Source: Camelus ferus
Lineage: Eukaryota
Direction: 5' to 3'
Assembly: GCF_009834535.1 (NCBI RefSeq)
Contig: NC_045696.1
Coordinates: 76,014,001-76,078,000 of the forward strand
Length of the DNA: 64,000 nt
In this document: piece by piece, positions 1-11,645 of the stretch
Layout of the letters: every line of letters starts with the position of its first letter
Numbering within the stretch: the stretch's first letter is position 1
Position numbers and translations under genes: made by a program
Notes under the pieces: model-generated
The model's input: only the letters and a program-made list of their open reading frames with translations
The model's database searches: none
Told to the model about the DNA's origin: nothing

Positions 1-500
1 GATGTGCCACTGGGCTAAGTGTCTCTCTGGCTGGTTTTCCAGGAATGACGTTTTCTTTCACTTCCAGTTCAACACCAGTCTCCAGGAGCACTGCCTTGTC
101 TTTATACCCAGAGTCCCATACTCCTTGCTCCTCGGACACTGTCCTAGGTAGACAGTGTCATTGCTGTCCCTCAATTGCCTCCTGCCTGTTGCTTCTGGAA
201 ACTCTACAATGAAGCATCCTGTTCTATTTCCTCTTTGTTTAGTACTTGCCTCCATAGGCTATGATGTCTCCTTTCTCCTGGGATTGTTTTAAGTGTGTGC
301 TATATATTTAATCACTAACACAAACAAACGAAAATATTTCCTAGTTTTCCTAAATATTTGGACTGAAGAGGTAGACCACAAATTGTATTTAGTCTGCTAT
401 CTTGAAACAGTAAAAGTAAATAAAACCATTTTTAAACATTACTTTAAAACTACCATTTTAGTAAAGGTAGATTTTTTTCTAATTAAAGAAAAATTTAAAA

Positions 501-900
501 GTACTGCAATAAACATTGGGGTGCTGATACCACTTTGAGATCCTGATTTCCATTCTTCTGGATAAATATCCAGGAGTGAGATTGCTGGATTATATGGTAT
601 TTCTATTTTTAATTTTTTGAGGGACCTCCACACTATTTTCCATAGTAGCTTCACCATTTTATATTTCCACCAACCATGTACAAGTGTTCTAATTTCTCCA
701 CATCCTCATCAATGCTTGTCTTTTGTTCTTTTGACAATAGCCATCCTAACAGGTGTGAGTAATATCTCATTGTGTTTGGATCTGCATTTCCCTGATAATT
801 AGTGACATCGAACATCATATACCTGTAGTTCACCTGTTCATACACTTGTTGGCCACTTGTATGTCTTCTTTGGAGAAATGACTATACAAGTCTTTAGCCC
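501..900 (-). mobile_element. LINE-1 fragment, ORF2 C-terminal region (inverted 5' part of a twin-primed insertion)
   Basis: Minus-strand translation LWKIVWRSLKKLKIEIPYNPAISLLDIYP...TPMFIA matches the L1 ORF2 C-terminus. Confidence 0.9.
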
Positions 901-1185
901 TAAATGTTCATCAATAGATGAATGGTAAAAAAAAAAAAAAATAGATGAATGGTAAAAAAAATGTGATATTTTATATGTTCTATCTCTATGTATAATGTAG
1001 AACGGTGGTTATCAGGAGCTGGAGGGACAGGGAAATGGGAAATTGCTAATCAGTGGACATAAAGTTTCAACTATACAAGATGAGTAAGTTCTAGGGATCT
1101 GTGTACAACAGTATGCCTATAGCTAACACTACTACACTGTACATTTTAAAAATTGTTAAGAGGATAGATCTCATGTTAATTAAAT
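899..1185 (+). mobile_element. LINE-1 3' end (L1MA/L1MB-type 3' UTR)
   Basis: cctaaatgttcatcaatagatgaatgg...agatgagtaagttctagggatctg...gatagatctcatgttaa are typical L1 ORF2-end and 3' UTR motifs. Confidence 0.85.
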
Positions 1186-2684
1186 TTTTTTTAAAGTGAA
1201 AAATAAAGAAAGGATGGAAAACTAAGTTAATTGATGCTTAAGGCATTCAGTTCCAAAGATGTGGCAAAAGCACAGTACCACCTGGTCCTGAGTTTTGCTT
1301 TTTTAACATTGTTCTGATGGTATGATTTTTTTTTTAACTTTTGAGGATTTCTTTTCTTTTCTTTTCTTTTAGTAAATTAGTGACTATTCCTAGATTCTTT
1401 ACTTAAATATTGACTTTTCAAGTATAAATTTATCAAGAAACAGTCAATCAAGTAATTATTAAATTAAAATTTTTTAAACTATTAAGAATTCTAACTGTGT
1501 ATGAGGATTGCCAATGACTTGAAGCAATATAACTTATGAAAATTTGTTTACTCATCAGGTCTATTTGGGGACATGCCACAAAGGCAGGATCATCCAAATA
1601 TCATCAGTATGTAATAAAGGAAAATGCCAGCCAGCGTTTTGAAACAGCCCCCTCGAAAATGCTATTAATGATATAATTTCACTTCAGTTCTCTCAGAAGC
1701 CTCTTGAAAAGTCAGAAGGTTCATTCTTTTAATTCTGAGTTAATCTTTGTGACTTGGGATATAGTTGATCAGTATGTTTCCTATAAAACTTTACTTTCTT
1801 TTTTTTTTAATGAAAGTTGAGAATTAAATGAAAACAATAATCAGTAAAAGGAAAATGCCAAAATGGTTATTCTCTTAGCTCATGAGTTTGAAATTTTCAG
1901 ATTGAATCTTATTCTTTTGAGGTTCAAATTCTATTTACAGCCAACAAAATGAGATTTCTGGGTTCTATAAAAAGGAGAAAGCCCCAAATTCTTCTGAACA
2001 CCAAGCGTATCTTAATAAACTGCATTTGACAATTTAAGGGTAAAGGAATCAGCATCAGGCAGCTTAGATTTCTTTTTAAATACACAGGGGTTAGAATTTG
2101 AAGGGAGAGAAGCTTGGCACAGAATACCTTTGGCTTTGCCTGAAACATTTAGGAATAAAGAAATAGCTGAAATTATTTGCCAAATTCCAAATGTGGTTTG
2201 TCTCTCCCATGTATAAAAATTACAGTATTAACTTTTCCTAAAATTGCTTCCAGCAGTTAACTATAGGATAGTCACAACAGAGATTTTTTTTTAATAGAAA
2301 TAAAAGAAGGAAAGTGTAAGAATTGCAGTATAATGCTGATGACTAAACTTTGGCTGGGTCTAACTTAAAGATCCTGTCTTCTTGAACTTCTGAACTTGGA
2401 TCTAGGGTGGAACATCAGCAGAGAATTCATCTCACTCTTTCACATACCGTTTAGGTGGTGGAGTTGGTAAACAGCAAACTTACAAGGAGAGGCCACCCCA
2501 AGGCCAGCTATATTCACTGGAGATACAAAGGTGAAGACAGTCAGCAAATCTGACCCTGGTACTGACACCAACGAGAGCCACCCCCAAGCTGGCCTGCACT
2601 GAGAGAGAAGAGGCAGAACGTGCTCCGTGGCCTGCTCTCCACACTACAACTGGGCCACAGCTAAGAAGCGAAAGAAGTCATCCT

Positions 2685-3250
2685 TACACATGGCCAAGGA
2701 AGATGAAAAGATGCTCAACTGAATTACTGGTTTTAAAAAATACTAAAGTGAAATAATAAGACTGTATATTTATGAATCATTTTACCTCTTAGATTGGCAG
2801 AGATCACACAGATGGCTAGCAAATCGTTTGGGGAAGGTGTAGAGAAATAGTATTTTCTGTAACGTCTTGTAACTTTTCTGAGGAGAGAAATTTGGTAAAA
2901 TTCAACAAAAGATCCAACAATTCCACTTCTAGAAATATTTCCTAAAGAAATGAAGACATACTCTAATATGTATGTATAGGAATATTCATTGAATATGTTG
3001 TAATTTGGGGAAATTATAAGCAACTCAAAAGCCTGACAAAGGAGATTGGCTTCGTGTGTTATGATACAGTCACAAGACAACCATTAAAAGATATATTGTA
3101 TCAACTCTTTGTTAAGAAAATACACTCCCAATTCGTGTTTTAAAAAGTGATATTGTAGAATACATACTAAAATGGGATAATGTTCATGATATAATTGCTA
3201 AGTGAAAACACTACATTAGAAGATGATTACATTAAAATATGTATAAAGAA
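2685..3250 (+). mobile_element. Old LINE-1 (L1ME-like) fragment
   Basis: Degenerate L1 motifs atgaaaagatgctcaact and gatccaacaattccacttctagaaatatttcctaaagaaat. Confidence 0.7.
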
Positions 3251-3299
3251 ATTGCTCTCACACCTTCGCTCTCTTTCTCTTGGAGTGTTTAAGGACTCA

Positions 3300-4420
3300 G
3301 TACTTTCAGCATACCCATACACAGGCCCACGGTGATCTCAGACTTGTGGCTTTAAATATTATATTTACGCTAACAGCTACCAAATAGACTCCTAGTCCAG
3401 ATCTCTTCCTGTACTCCAAATCCAACTAAACAAATCTCCACCTGCACCTGGTTGAACATGTCTAAAACCAAACTCCTGAGCTCTTGGTCCCCATAAAACC
3501 TGCTTCTTTCAGAGCCTACCTCACCTCAGTTAGTGCCAACTCCACACTTTAAGAAACTAACCCCAAAAACTTGGAATCATTCTGACCCTACACTGGCTTT
3601 TATATCTCAGATTCAATCCACCGGCAAATCCTATCAGCCGTCCTTTCATAATGTGCCCAGGATCTAACCGCTTCTCTCTACCTCCGAGCAAACGTTACAC
3701 CTCATCTCGGCTAAATCCCCCCATTTGACTCTCTCCCCTTATCGTCCATTCTTCGTGTTTTAACCCTCTCCACTTACTATCTATTCTCCAAACAGCAACA
3801 GAGTGATCATGTTAAAACATAATCAAATGATTTCTTTGCTCAAAACTCTTAAATGACTCCCTATCTCACTCCAAATAAAAAACCAACTCATCCCGACGGC
3901 CTACAAGGCCCTACCTGACCTGGCCAACTCATCATTAGGACCACTCCCCACCACCTCCCCCTGCTCACTCTACTACGGCTACACTCGCCTCCTTGTTGTT
4001 CTTTAAACCTCATGGTCACCACTTGCTGTTCCATCTGCCCCAAACACCTGACCTCAAAATATTTACGTGACTCAGTGTCTCTTCTCTTCAGGTCTTTCCT
4101 TAAGTGTCAAAAGTAGGGCTTCCCTAAATCCTCTATTTAAAATAGGAACCTCTCTCCTATCCCCTTACTCTTGTTCCTGTCTCCTCACCCATTTCCTCCC
4201 TATGCCCTTTTCTTTGCTTGTATTCTTTCATAGCATTTATTAATATCTAAGATACTATATAATATACTTATTAACTTATTTTCTGAGTTTTTTCCCCCAT
4301 CCCAGGTGGAACATAAGCTTCACAGGGTAAGGATTCTGTCTGAGTCACTATAGTATCCTCAGTGTCTAGAACAATATCTGATGTATAGCAGGTGCTCCAT
4401 GAATAATTGTTGAATGAATG
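3300..4420 (+). mobile_element. L2 LINE 3' portion
   Basis: Pyrimidine-rich body with aacatgtctaaaaccaaactcctg and aaaaacttggaatcatt, ending in caggtgctccatgaataattgttgaatgaatg. Confidence 0.85.
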
Positions 4421-4464
4421 ATAAAGACAAACGAAAGTGATCAGTAATTATCTTAATACTAGCT

Positions 4465-5320
4465 TTAGACTAATGTATAATGACATGTATCTACCATTAT
4501 ACCGTCATACAGAACAGTTTCACTGCCCTAAAAATCCTCTGTGCTCCACCAATTCATCCCTTCTTTCCCCTCCAACCCCCGGTAACCACTGATCTTTTTA
4601 CTTCTGGTTTTTATACTTTTCCAGAATGTCCTATAGTTGAAACCATACAGTACGTAGTAGCCTTTTCATATTGGCTTCAATATGTGTTTAAGTTTCCTCT
4701 ATGTCTTGATAGCACATATCTTCTTAGTGCTAAATAATACTCTGTTGTCTGGATATACCACAGTTTATTTCTCCATTCACCTACTAAAGGACAACTTCCA
4801 AGTTCTGGCAATTATTCAATAAAGCCACTATAAACATTTTATGTGAAGGTTTTATGTGGACATCAGTTTTTAACTCATTTGAATAAACTGCTGAATCTTA
4901 TGGTAAGAGTATGTTTAGTTTTGCAAGAAACTGCTAAACTGTCTGTCAAAGTGGCTGTACCACTTCACAATCATGTCAGCAAAAAACAAGGGTTCCTGTT
5001 GCTCCACATTCTCACCAGAACATGGTGTTGTCAATGTTCTGGATTTTGACCATTCTAATAGGTGTATAGTGGTATTTCATTGTCATTTTAATTTGCATTT
5101 TCCTGATGATTTATGAGGTGGAGCAATTTTTAATATGCTTACTGGCCATCTGTACATGTTTGGTGAGGTATCTTTTTACATCTTTTCCCACTTTTTAATC
5201 AGATTATTTATTTCCTTATTATTGAGTTCTAAAGGTTCTTTCCATATTTTAGTCCTTGATTATATGTCTCTGGCAAAAAAAAAAAATTTCTTAGTCTGTG
5301 GCTTATCTTCTCATTCTTTT
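4465..5320 (-). mobile_element. LINE-1 3' region (L1MC1/2-like)
   Basis: cagtttcactgccctaaaaatcctctgtgctc and ttgaccattctaataggtgtatagtggtatttcattg are antisense L1 motifs. Confidence 0.85.
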
Positions 5321-5357
5321 GAGACAATTTTTAAAATTGAGCGAACAGTCTACATTT

Positions 5358-5403
5358 ATACACACACACACACACATATATACACACATATATATATATA
5401 TAT
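5358..5403. repeat. (CA)n/(TA)n compound microsatellite
   Basis: Directly visible. Confidence 0.95.
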
Positions 5404-6189
5404 CATAGATCACGTGCCAAATGCATACTAAATTATTTCAACTTACGTCTATGTATTAACAACTATTTAAGTTGGTTATACCATAGAGAGTGCACATGAA
5501 TCAATATAGCCTGAATCTGTATAATGGAATATCCTTTTGGGTTTCTTTCCTTTTTTAAATATACACCTTAAACTAAATGTAGCCATTGCTGGGATGCCAC
5601 ATTCACATAGTCCATGCCACATCTCATTTTTGCTCAGCAGAGCAAAGCAAATGCTTTATTCCTAGACAAAGCATCTGTCCTGAGTCCCAGATTTTCTACC
5701 TGGTAAATTAAGCAGCATCCTCTCTCTCTTTGTTTGCACAGTAAGTGCTCCAAGCAGATGGGTCCAGCCTGCCTAGCTTTTAGACCTTTTCTGCTCTGCA
5801 GAACCTAGCAGGACTGCCTTGCTATAAGTTTCTCTAGCCCCAAAGAAATCAGCCACCCAGGACTCATCTCAGCTGAAAAGTGTTCAAGGAGTTCACACCC
5901 CCAGGGCCACAAAGCTTCCAATCCAACAGTCTGTGATCATAATGCTAAGAAGCCAAAGGTCCCCAACAGCCAAAATTCTATCCTCCCTCTCAGAAATTCC
6001 AACCCCTCCAAAATATTCACTTTCATAATCTTTTCCTTCCTCTATTAAGGCCTGATATAGGGTGGGAGGGAGGGAAGCGGCATCTGCCCCACTCTTTAGC
6101 CAAAAGACTCCTTCTACCAATTCATGACTGCTTCTAATGGAAAAAAAAAGGCTCTCTTGATTATTGCTAAGGGTCCTTAAGCACATTTC

Positions 6190-6315
6190 TTAATCTTCCT
6201 GAGCCTCAGCTTCCCTGTCTGTCAAATTGAGATAAAATTATCTTCTTTTCAGGGATATTACAAAGACTAGAAATGGTGTGTAAAATGCATTACACATCTT
6301 AACTACTCAACAAAG
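6190..6315 (+). mobile_element. MIR SINE fragment
   Basis: Core motif tgagcctcagcttccctgtctgtcaaattgag. Confidence 0.7.
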
Positions 6316-8069
6316 CTGCTGTGGTTCCCATTGTTCATTCTGTGTACATGTCTCAGTTAATCCCCTGTCTGTCTGTTCATACCTTTTCTGGACTGTCAAG
6401 TCTGTGTAGCATCCTAAGGCTCTTCCTTGAGAAGGTACGTGTGACAGGGTAGGATGTTACTTCTTGGTTTATGTAAGTAACCTCTTATGAGATGAGCTGT
6501 TATAATTTCTAATTCCTGGCAAAGTAAGTACGGAAAATAAGGCTTAGATATGATGTCACACATTAAGCATAGTCAGCAGCATCAATCTGAGAACTGATTC
6601 CTATTCTAATATTATAATCACAGCACGTTTTACTGTGACATTATAGACTGTTACAGATGGAATGCAACTGAAGCAGAGAGGTCTCCTACCTCCCAGCCAT
6701 AGCAATCTTCTCTGTGCCACTCATTTACCCTCACTGCCCTGCACTCACTACACTGCTCTGATTTACCATACTAGAACAGTAACACTTCTACTTTTCCAGC
6801 CACTTATTCCAGAGGTGCCATCGGGTTGTACAGATCTAGCCCTGGAGGGACTGGGCAGGCACAAGCTGGAGGGCGGCACCTGCAGGGTCTGAACCCCTTT
6901 GGAAGGCAGTGCACTTTCATTGCCTTTTCTTAATGCCCCTGGTGTTGCGGCCAGTTCAGCCTCCAAAATCTCATCATCATTTTGACAACAGTCATATTAA
7001 CCTATTTCTTTTTTCTTAATTATTGAAAAGTACCGTTTTTAGAGATTATTCTTTCCATGATTCCCTTCTAGCTGGGTGTCTGATGTATCGCTACTTCCAC
7101 TTTTCTGGTATGTTCATTTACAATCAGGGGAGATATTTAGAGATTGGCTAGCAATTCTCCCTTCAACCCCTGCAGCATGAATGACCCTGAATCTCTTCAA
7201 CAAAGAACCACACAGTGGAGTAGAATAGCTAATCTCCAGAACCAAGACAAGGCTTAGAGACTCAGCTGTCAAGTTACTTATTCCTGTTTTTCTGTATTCA
7301 TATGACAAGCCATAAACTGAGGCTTAGCTTCTCATCTGTAAATGGGGACAATAATATCAAATGTATAGGATTATCAATACTATAACCCTTTGCAAATGAT
7401 AATCCCCATAAATCACAGATGTCATCTGTGATTTTAGTTTATTTAATTCCAACTGAACAAATAAAGATAAAAGCACACCATTTGGTAGACAAAACTGCAA
7501 ACCACTAACAGAAAGCCAGCATGGTCTTAAGAATAGCTTTGGACACCTTCTAAAATGTACTGTCCAATTGAACTTTGCACCATGAGGATGAAGAAATGAT
7601 TGAATTCCTAGCAAATATGCAATGATACTGTAAAGACTGTGGTCATTACTAATGAAATGTTTGCAGAGGGTAAACATCTTCCAACTGTTAGCAACTCAAA
7701 TCAAATACCAGAATGACAGGGGGTCACTTGGTATTCGAAAGACAAACTAAGCAGTAATTATGAGAAAACCAATTAGAAGATTCACAAATCCAAAATGGTT
7801 TAATGTTATGTAAGTTACTACTTAAAAGTCAGTTTTAAATTCAGAAAAAAGGAATCTTCGAGATTTTCTAGCCAAATCTTCCCTGGGGCCCAGAGTTGTG
7901 AAGTGATTTGCCCAAGGTCACACAAAAACTTTGAATGAGAATCTCTAAATAGTTCTAGATGATACTTAAGCTCTTATATTTTTTAAAAAATATTTAACTA
8001 AGATGGATGTTATATATATGACAAGCTACCCAGTTTTTTTCTGATAAGCTACTAATTATTCAGTAACCA

Positions 8070-8280
8070 CGTGTTATAAATAGCATTTTACATACATCAT
8101 CTCATGTTTTACTCTCAACACCCAAAGAGGTGGGAACTACTGTTTCTACCTTAAAAGGAGAGGAAACTGAGGCTCCGAGAGGTCAGTAAACTGGTTCAAA
8201 GCTACAGAACTGGTAAGTTGCAGTCAAGCTACAAATACAAGTCTGTCTGACTACTAATACAGGTGCTTTTTGCATTATCT
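8070..8280 (-). mobile_element. MIR SINE
   Basis: Antisense core gaggaaactgaggctccgagagg. Confidence 0.8.
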
Positions 8281-9241
8281 TTCTTTTTATTCTCAACTTT
8301 TGCAAAGATCAGTTATTAAAGATATCAGAATAATTAACCATCTTGGTATATCACAAGAAAACTTAGGGCAGTCCAGGGTGGAGCCTTTCTGACACATTGC
8401 TGAGCCTAGAATGCAACCCCCAGCAACGTCAATGGGCACTTTTCCAATGTGACTCCTGTTTTGAGCTGTTGGTTTCTATAGAACTCTGGCAAGAATATTC
8501 AAAAACACAGCAAGGCTACAGAATAAGACACAGCCCTTCCCAGATCACATGAATATACATTATGTTTCTACAAATTTTGTCAGAAAGAAAATGAGAACAA
8601 AAAGTCCCTCTGGTGGAGAGAAAGAGGTCCCAGGATTAAAGTCAGGAAGCCTGAGTATATACAGGACAAAGGACACTGCATACCTGTATGACCTTATAGC
8701 AAGACTCTAAATCTCATTTGTAAAATGAGGCAAGGCTTTGAAAGAAATACTTTGAACATCCATTAAAAAGTTATGAAAATAAATCATGAACAAATAATTA
8801 CAAAATATATCACTCTATTAAAAACTATATAGAGTAGAGGAACCTACTATGTGCCAAGTTTAAAACACAGTCCCTGCCTTCAGGGAGTTGATGAGCTAAG
8901 TGGTAAAAAGCTAGATGTGCAAAAAACCAAAACAAAACAAAAAATTAGACATCTGGTTTTCTTTCTGCATTATTTTCAGGTTATAAGTAATGTGGCATAT
9001 TTGGAATAAAGCCAATGGACAATTTTGAGTGAATTTTGGTGTAAATTGTAAAGTTTGTGTCTACATTGTTTTGATTGCATATAGGTTTCCAATTAATTAT
9101 TCTATAACCAATTTTGGAGACATCATGGGATATTTGGCTCCATTTCAGTTTGAATTTCCAAATTTACTGAATTCTGCAGGCTTGGCAGCTGGCCGCATGG
9201 CCTCCACTGAACTGAGGTTTCAGCTTGTACTTCCCTGCTGG

Positions 9242-9255
9242 CCAGTGGGTGGCGC
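9242..9255 (+). promoter_or_regulatory. Candidate CTCF site
   Basis: CCAGTGGGTGGCGC is a 13/14 match to CCASYAGRKGGCRS, with TGG/CA flanks. Confidence 0.5.
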
Positions 9256-9589
9256 CATGTCCATCTCTCTGACTCTTGAGGTTCACCTGTGTTTCTCTGG
9301 TGGGCTTGGCTCCTGTGGGAACTTGGCTCCTCGGGCTGCTGATCGACTCTAGGTCTCCTCAGGATCTGCCATGGTTTCAGCTTCGGGACAACACTTGGCT
9401 AAGTCCATGCAGGCAGGAGCCAGATGTCTTCAGGAACCACCCAGAGGTGCCACCCGAGAGTGAAAGGTAAGGAACAAGTTGGGAGAAGGTTCCTGTGTGT
9501 GCCTCATGGCTAAGGGGCTCCATTTTCAGATGATCCAGCAGAGGAAGGGCTTGATGTGGAAAATTGTGGATTTTAGTTTTGTGTGTGGT

Positions 9590-9850
9590 TTGACGGATTC
9601 CAGTGTCGTTCTTTGATGTGTGGTGTCCAGTTTTCTCTGCACCGTTTGTCGAGGGGACTGTCCATTCCTGTTTTGTGTTCTTGGCTCCTTTTTTTGTGAA
9701 TCAACTGACTACAGAGAGATGGATTTATTTCTGTGCCCTCTGTTCTGTTCCTCTGGTCCATGTGCCTGTTTCTGTGCCAGTATCACACTGTTTTGGTGAT
9801 TTTAGCTTCGTAATGTAATGTGAAGTCAGGGAGGGAGATGCCTTCCATTC
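9590..9850 (-). mobile_element. LINE-1 ORF2 internal fragment
   Basis: ORF 9573..9761 MDQRNRTEGTEINPSLCSQLI...DSPLDKRCRENW aligns by eye to L1 ORF2 DQWNRIESPEINP..YSQLIFDK...DSLFNKWCWENW. Confidence 0.9.
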
Positions 9851-9924
9851 CATTTCTTTTATCTTTTAAATTTTTTTCTTAGGATAACCTTCTAATTTAA
9901 AACTATGTGTATATTTTACTCGTT

Positions 9925-10455
9925 TAAGGTATTTATTGCTGTAATAATTAATCATCTCCAAACTAAGTGGCTTAAAACAACAATCATTTTTTCATTATTC
10001 TTTAAAGTTGACTGGGCTCAGCCAGGCAGTTCTTTCCGTGGGTCTTTTAGGTGGTTGCACTCAGCCAATAGCTGGTGCTAGAATTATTTCAAGGCTTCCT
10101 CACTCACAAGTCTGGTGGGTTCACGGTTGATCCTGGCTGTGGACTTAGACCTCAGAACACCTACAGAAGGCCTCGCCACATGGCTTCTTCAGGTGTGCTC
10201 TGCTTCCTCATAGCTTGCTACCTGTATTCCAAAAGCAAGCACCCCAAGAAATCCATGCAGAAGATATATCACTTTTTATGACCTAGCATCAGAAGCCACA
10301 AAGCATAACTCTGGCTGTAGTCAGACCCACCCAGATTCAAGGGGAGTGAACATTATCACTCCTTCTCAAAAGGAGTGTAAATGCCATTTTGGAAAAAGAG
10401 CATGGTAAATGGAAAGTCTTGCTGCAGCCAACTTAGAAAATACAATCTACCACAA
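9925..10455 (-). mobile_element. MaLR solo LTR (MLT1-type)
   Basis: Starts tatttattgctgta...agtggcttaaaacaac, contains tgactgggctcagccaggcagttct, ends aaaatacaatctaccaca. Confidence 0.85.
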
Positions 10456-11289
10456 GGCATAACAAGCAGAATTCAGAGGTCTGTTACACCTAAGGAACAT
10501 GTGTTAGGTGTATGTGCATGTAAGCAAAAGGAATACACAAAAAGGAAAGTTACAATCAGACTAGGGTACTGGGGTAGAAGAATTATGTTATTCTCCCAAA
10601 TGTATGTTTTTGCTGCCCAGTTTTTCCTTTCAGAATGCTCACTCATGATACTAGATCATCTGTGTTCTCCCATGTGGCCAGGCTGAAGAACTCAAATGGG
10701 CAATAAAGGGATATTAGCTCTTATGGGGTGTAGGGCCTTAGAGGGAAAGTAAGAGGTTTAACCTTTGCTCTCTAGGTGACAGGGGGTCAAAGACATCCAT
10801 TGAGAAGGTCAGTTTGTGTGCAGAAGTGTTTCAGGAAGATGCATCTTAAACTGGGTGGGGAATGGACGCCCCTGTGGGCAAAGACAGTAGCTCAGACTCC
10901 TTTGTGAGAGACTAACTGTAGGAGTGTGAGGGCCTCAAGGAGGGTGGGAGCAAGAAGGGAAGTAGAAGAAGTCAAAGACATTCCACAGGAAGAGAGCCTG
11001 GGATTTGGAGACTGGAAAGTTGTGCAATGAGCTGGAGAAGGGGAACCGAGGACAACTCCGTGTTTGCTGTCCCAGGTAAATGAACGAATCTGAATCATCC
11101 ACTGACATAAATGGCAAAGCTGAGTAAGGGGCAGGGTGTACGTTTCAGAGAAAACTATGGGAAATTTGTTCTCCCCCTCTTTCCTTAATCACCCAGCCCT
11201 TTACTAATGAGTTTTGAAGGAACAAGCTTAGAGATGGGTTTGCTAATCTATGTTAATCTTGCTGAAGACATCAACTCTTCTTTTTCGAA

Positions 11290-11645
11290 CCTATGCACTT
11301 GCCACCTCTGTGCCTGCATCTCTCACTCAACATTCTTTTGTATACTTTACACTGAATAATTTCTACTTGTATTTCATGTCTCAGCTTAAAAATCCTTTCC
11401 TTCGGGGAAGCCTTCCCATGCTCTGAGAAAAAATTATATTTTCCTATTATACACGCACCCAGCATGCTGCAGGCCTTCCTCACAGCTTTTCTTAGCATAC
11501 TTGTCATTATTTAAGTATTTGTAAAAAATTATCTGTGCCAGCGTTCCTTACTAGAACATGAGCTTCACCCAGAAGGAGCCGCATCGCATCCCCAGTGCCA
11601 CCCACTGCACGTGGTTGGTGCTCAGTAACCATTACCTGAGTGACC
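11290..11645 (+). mobile_element. L2 3' fragment
   Basis: Motifs tcagcttaaaaatcctttccttcggggaagccttccc, ctagaacatgagctt and ggtgctcagtaa. Confidence 0.7.
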
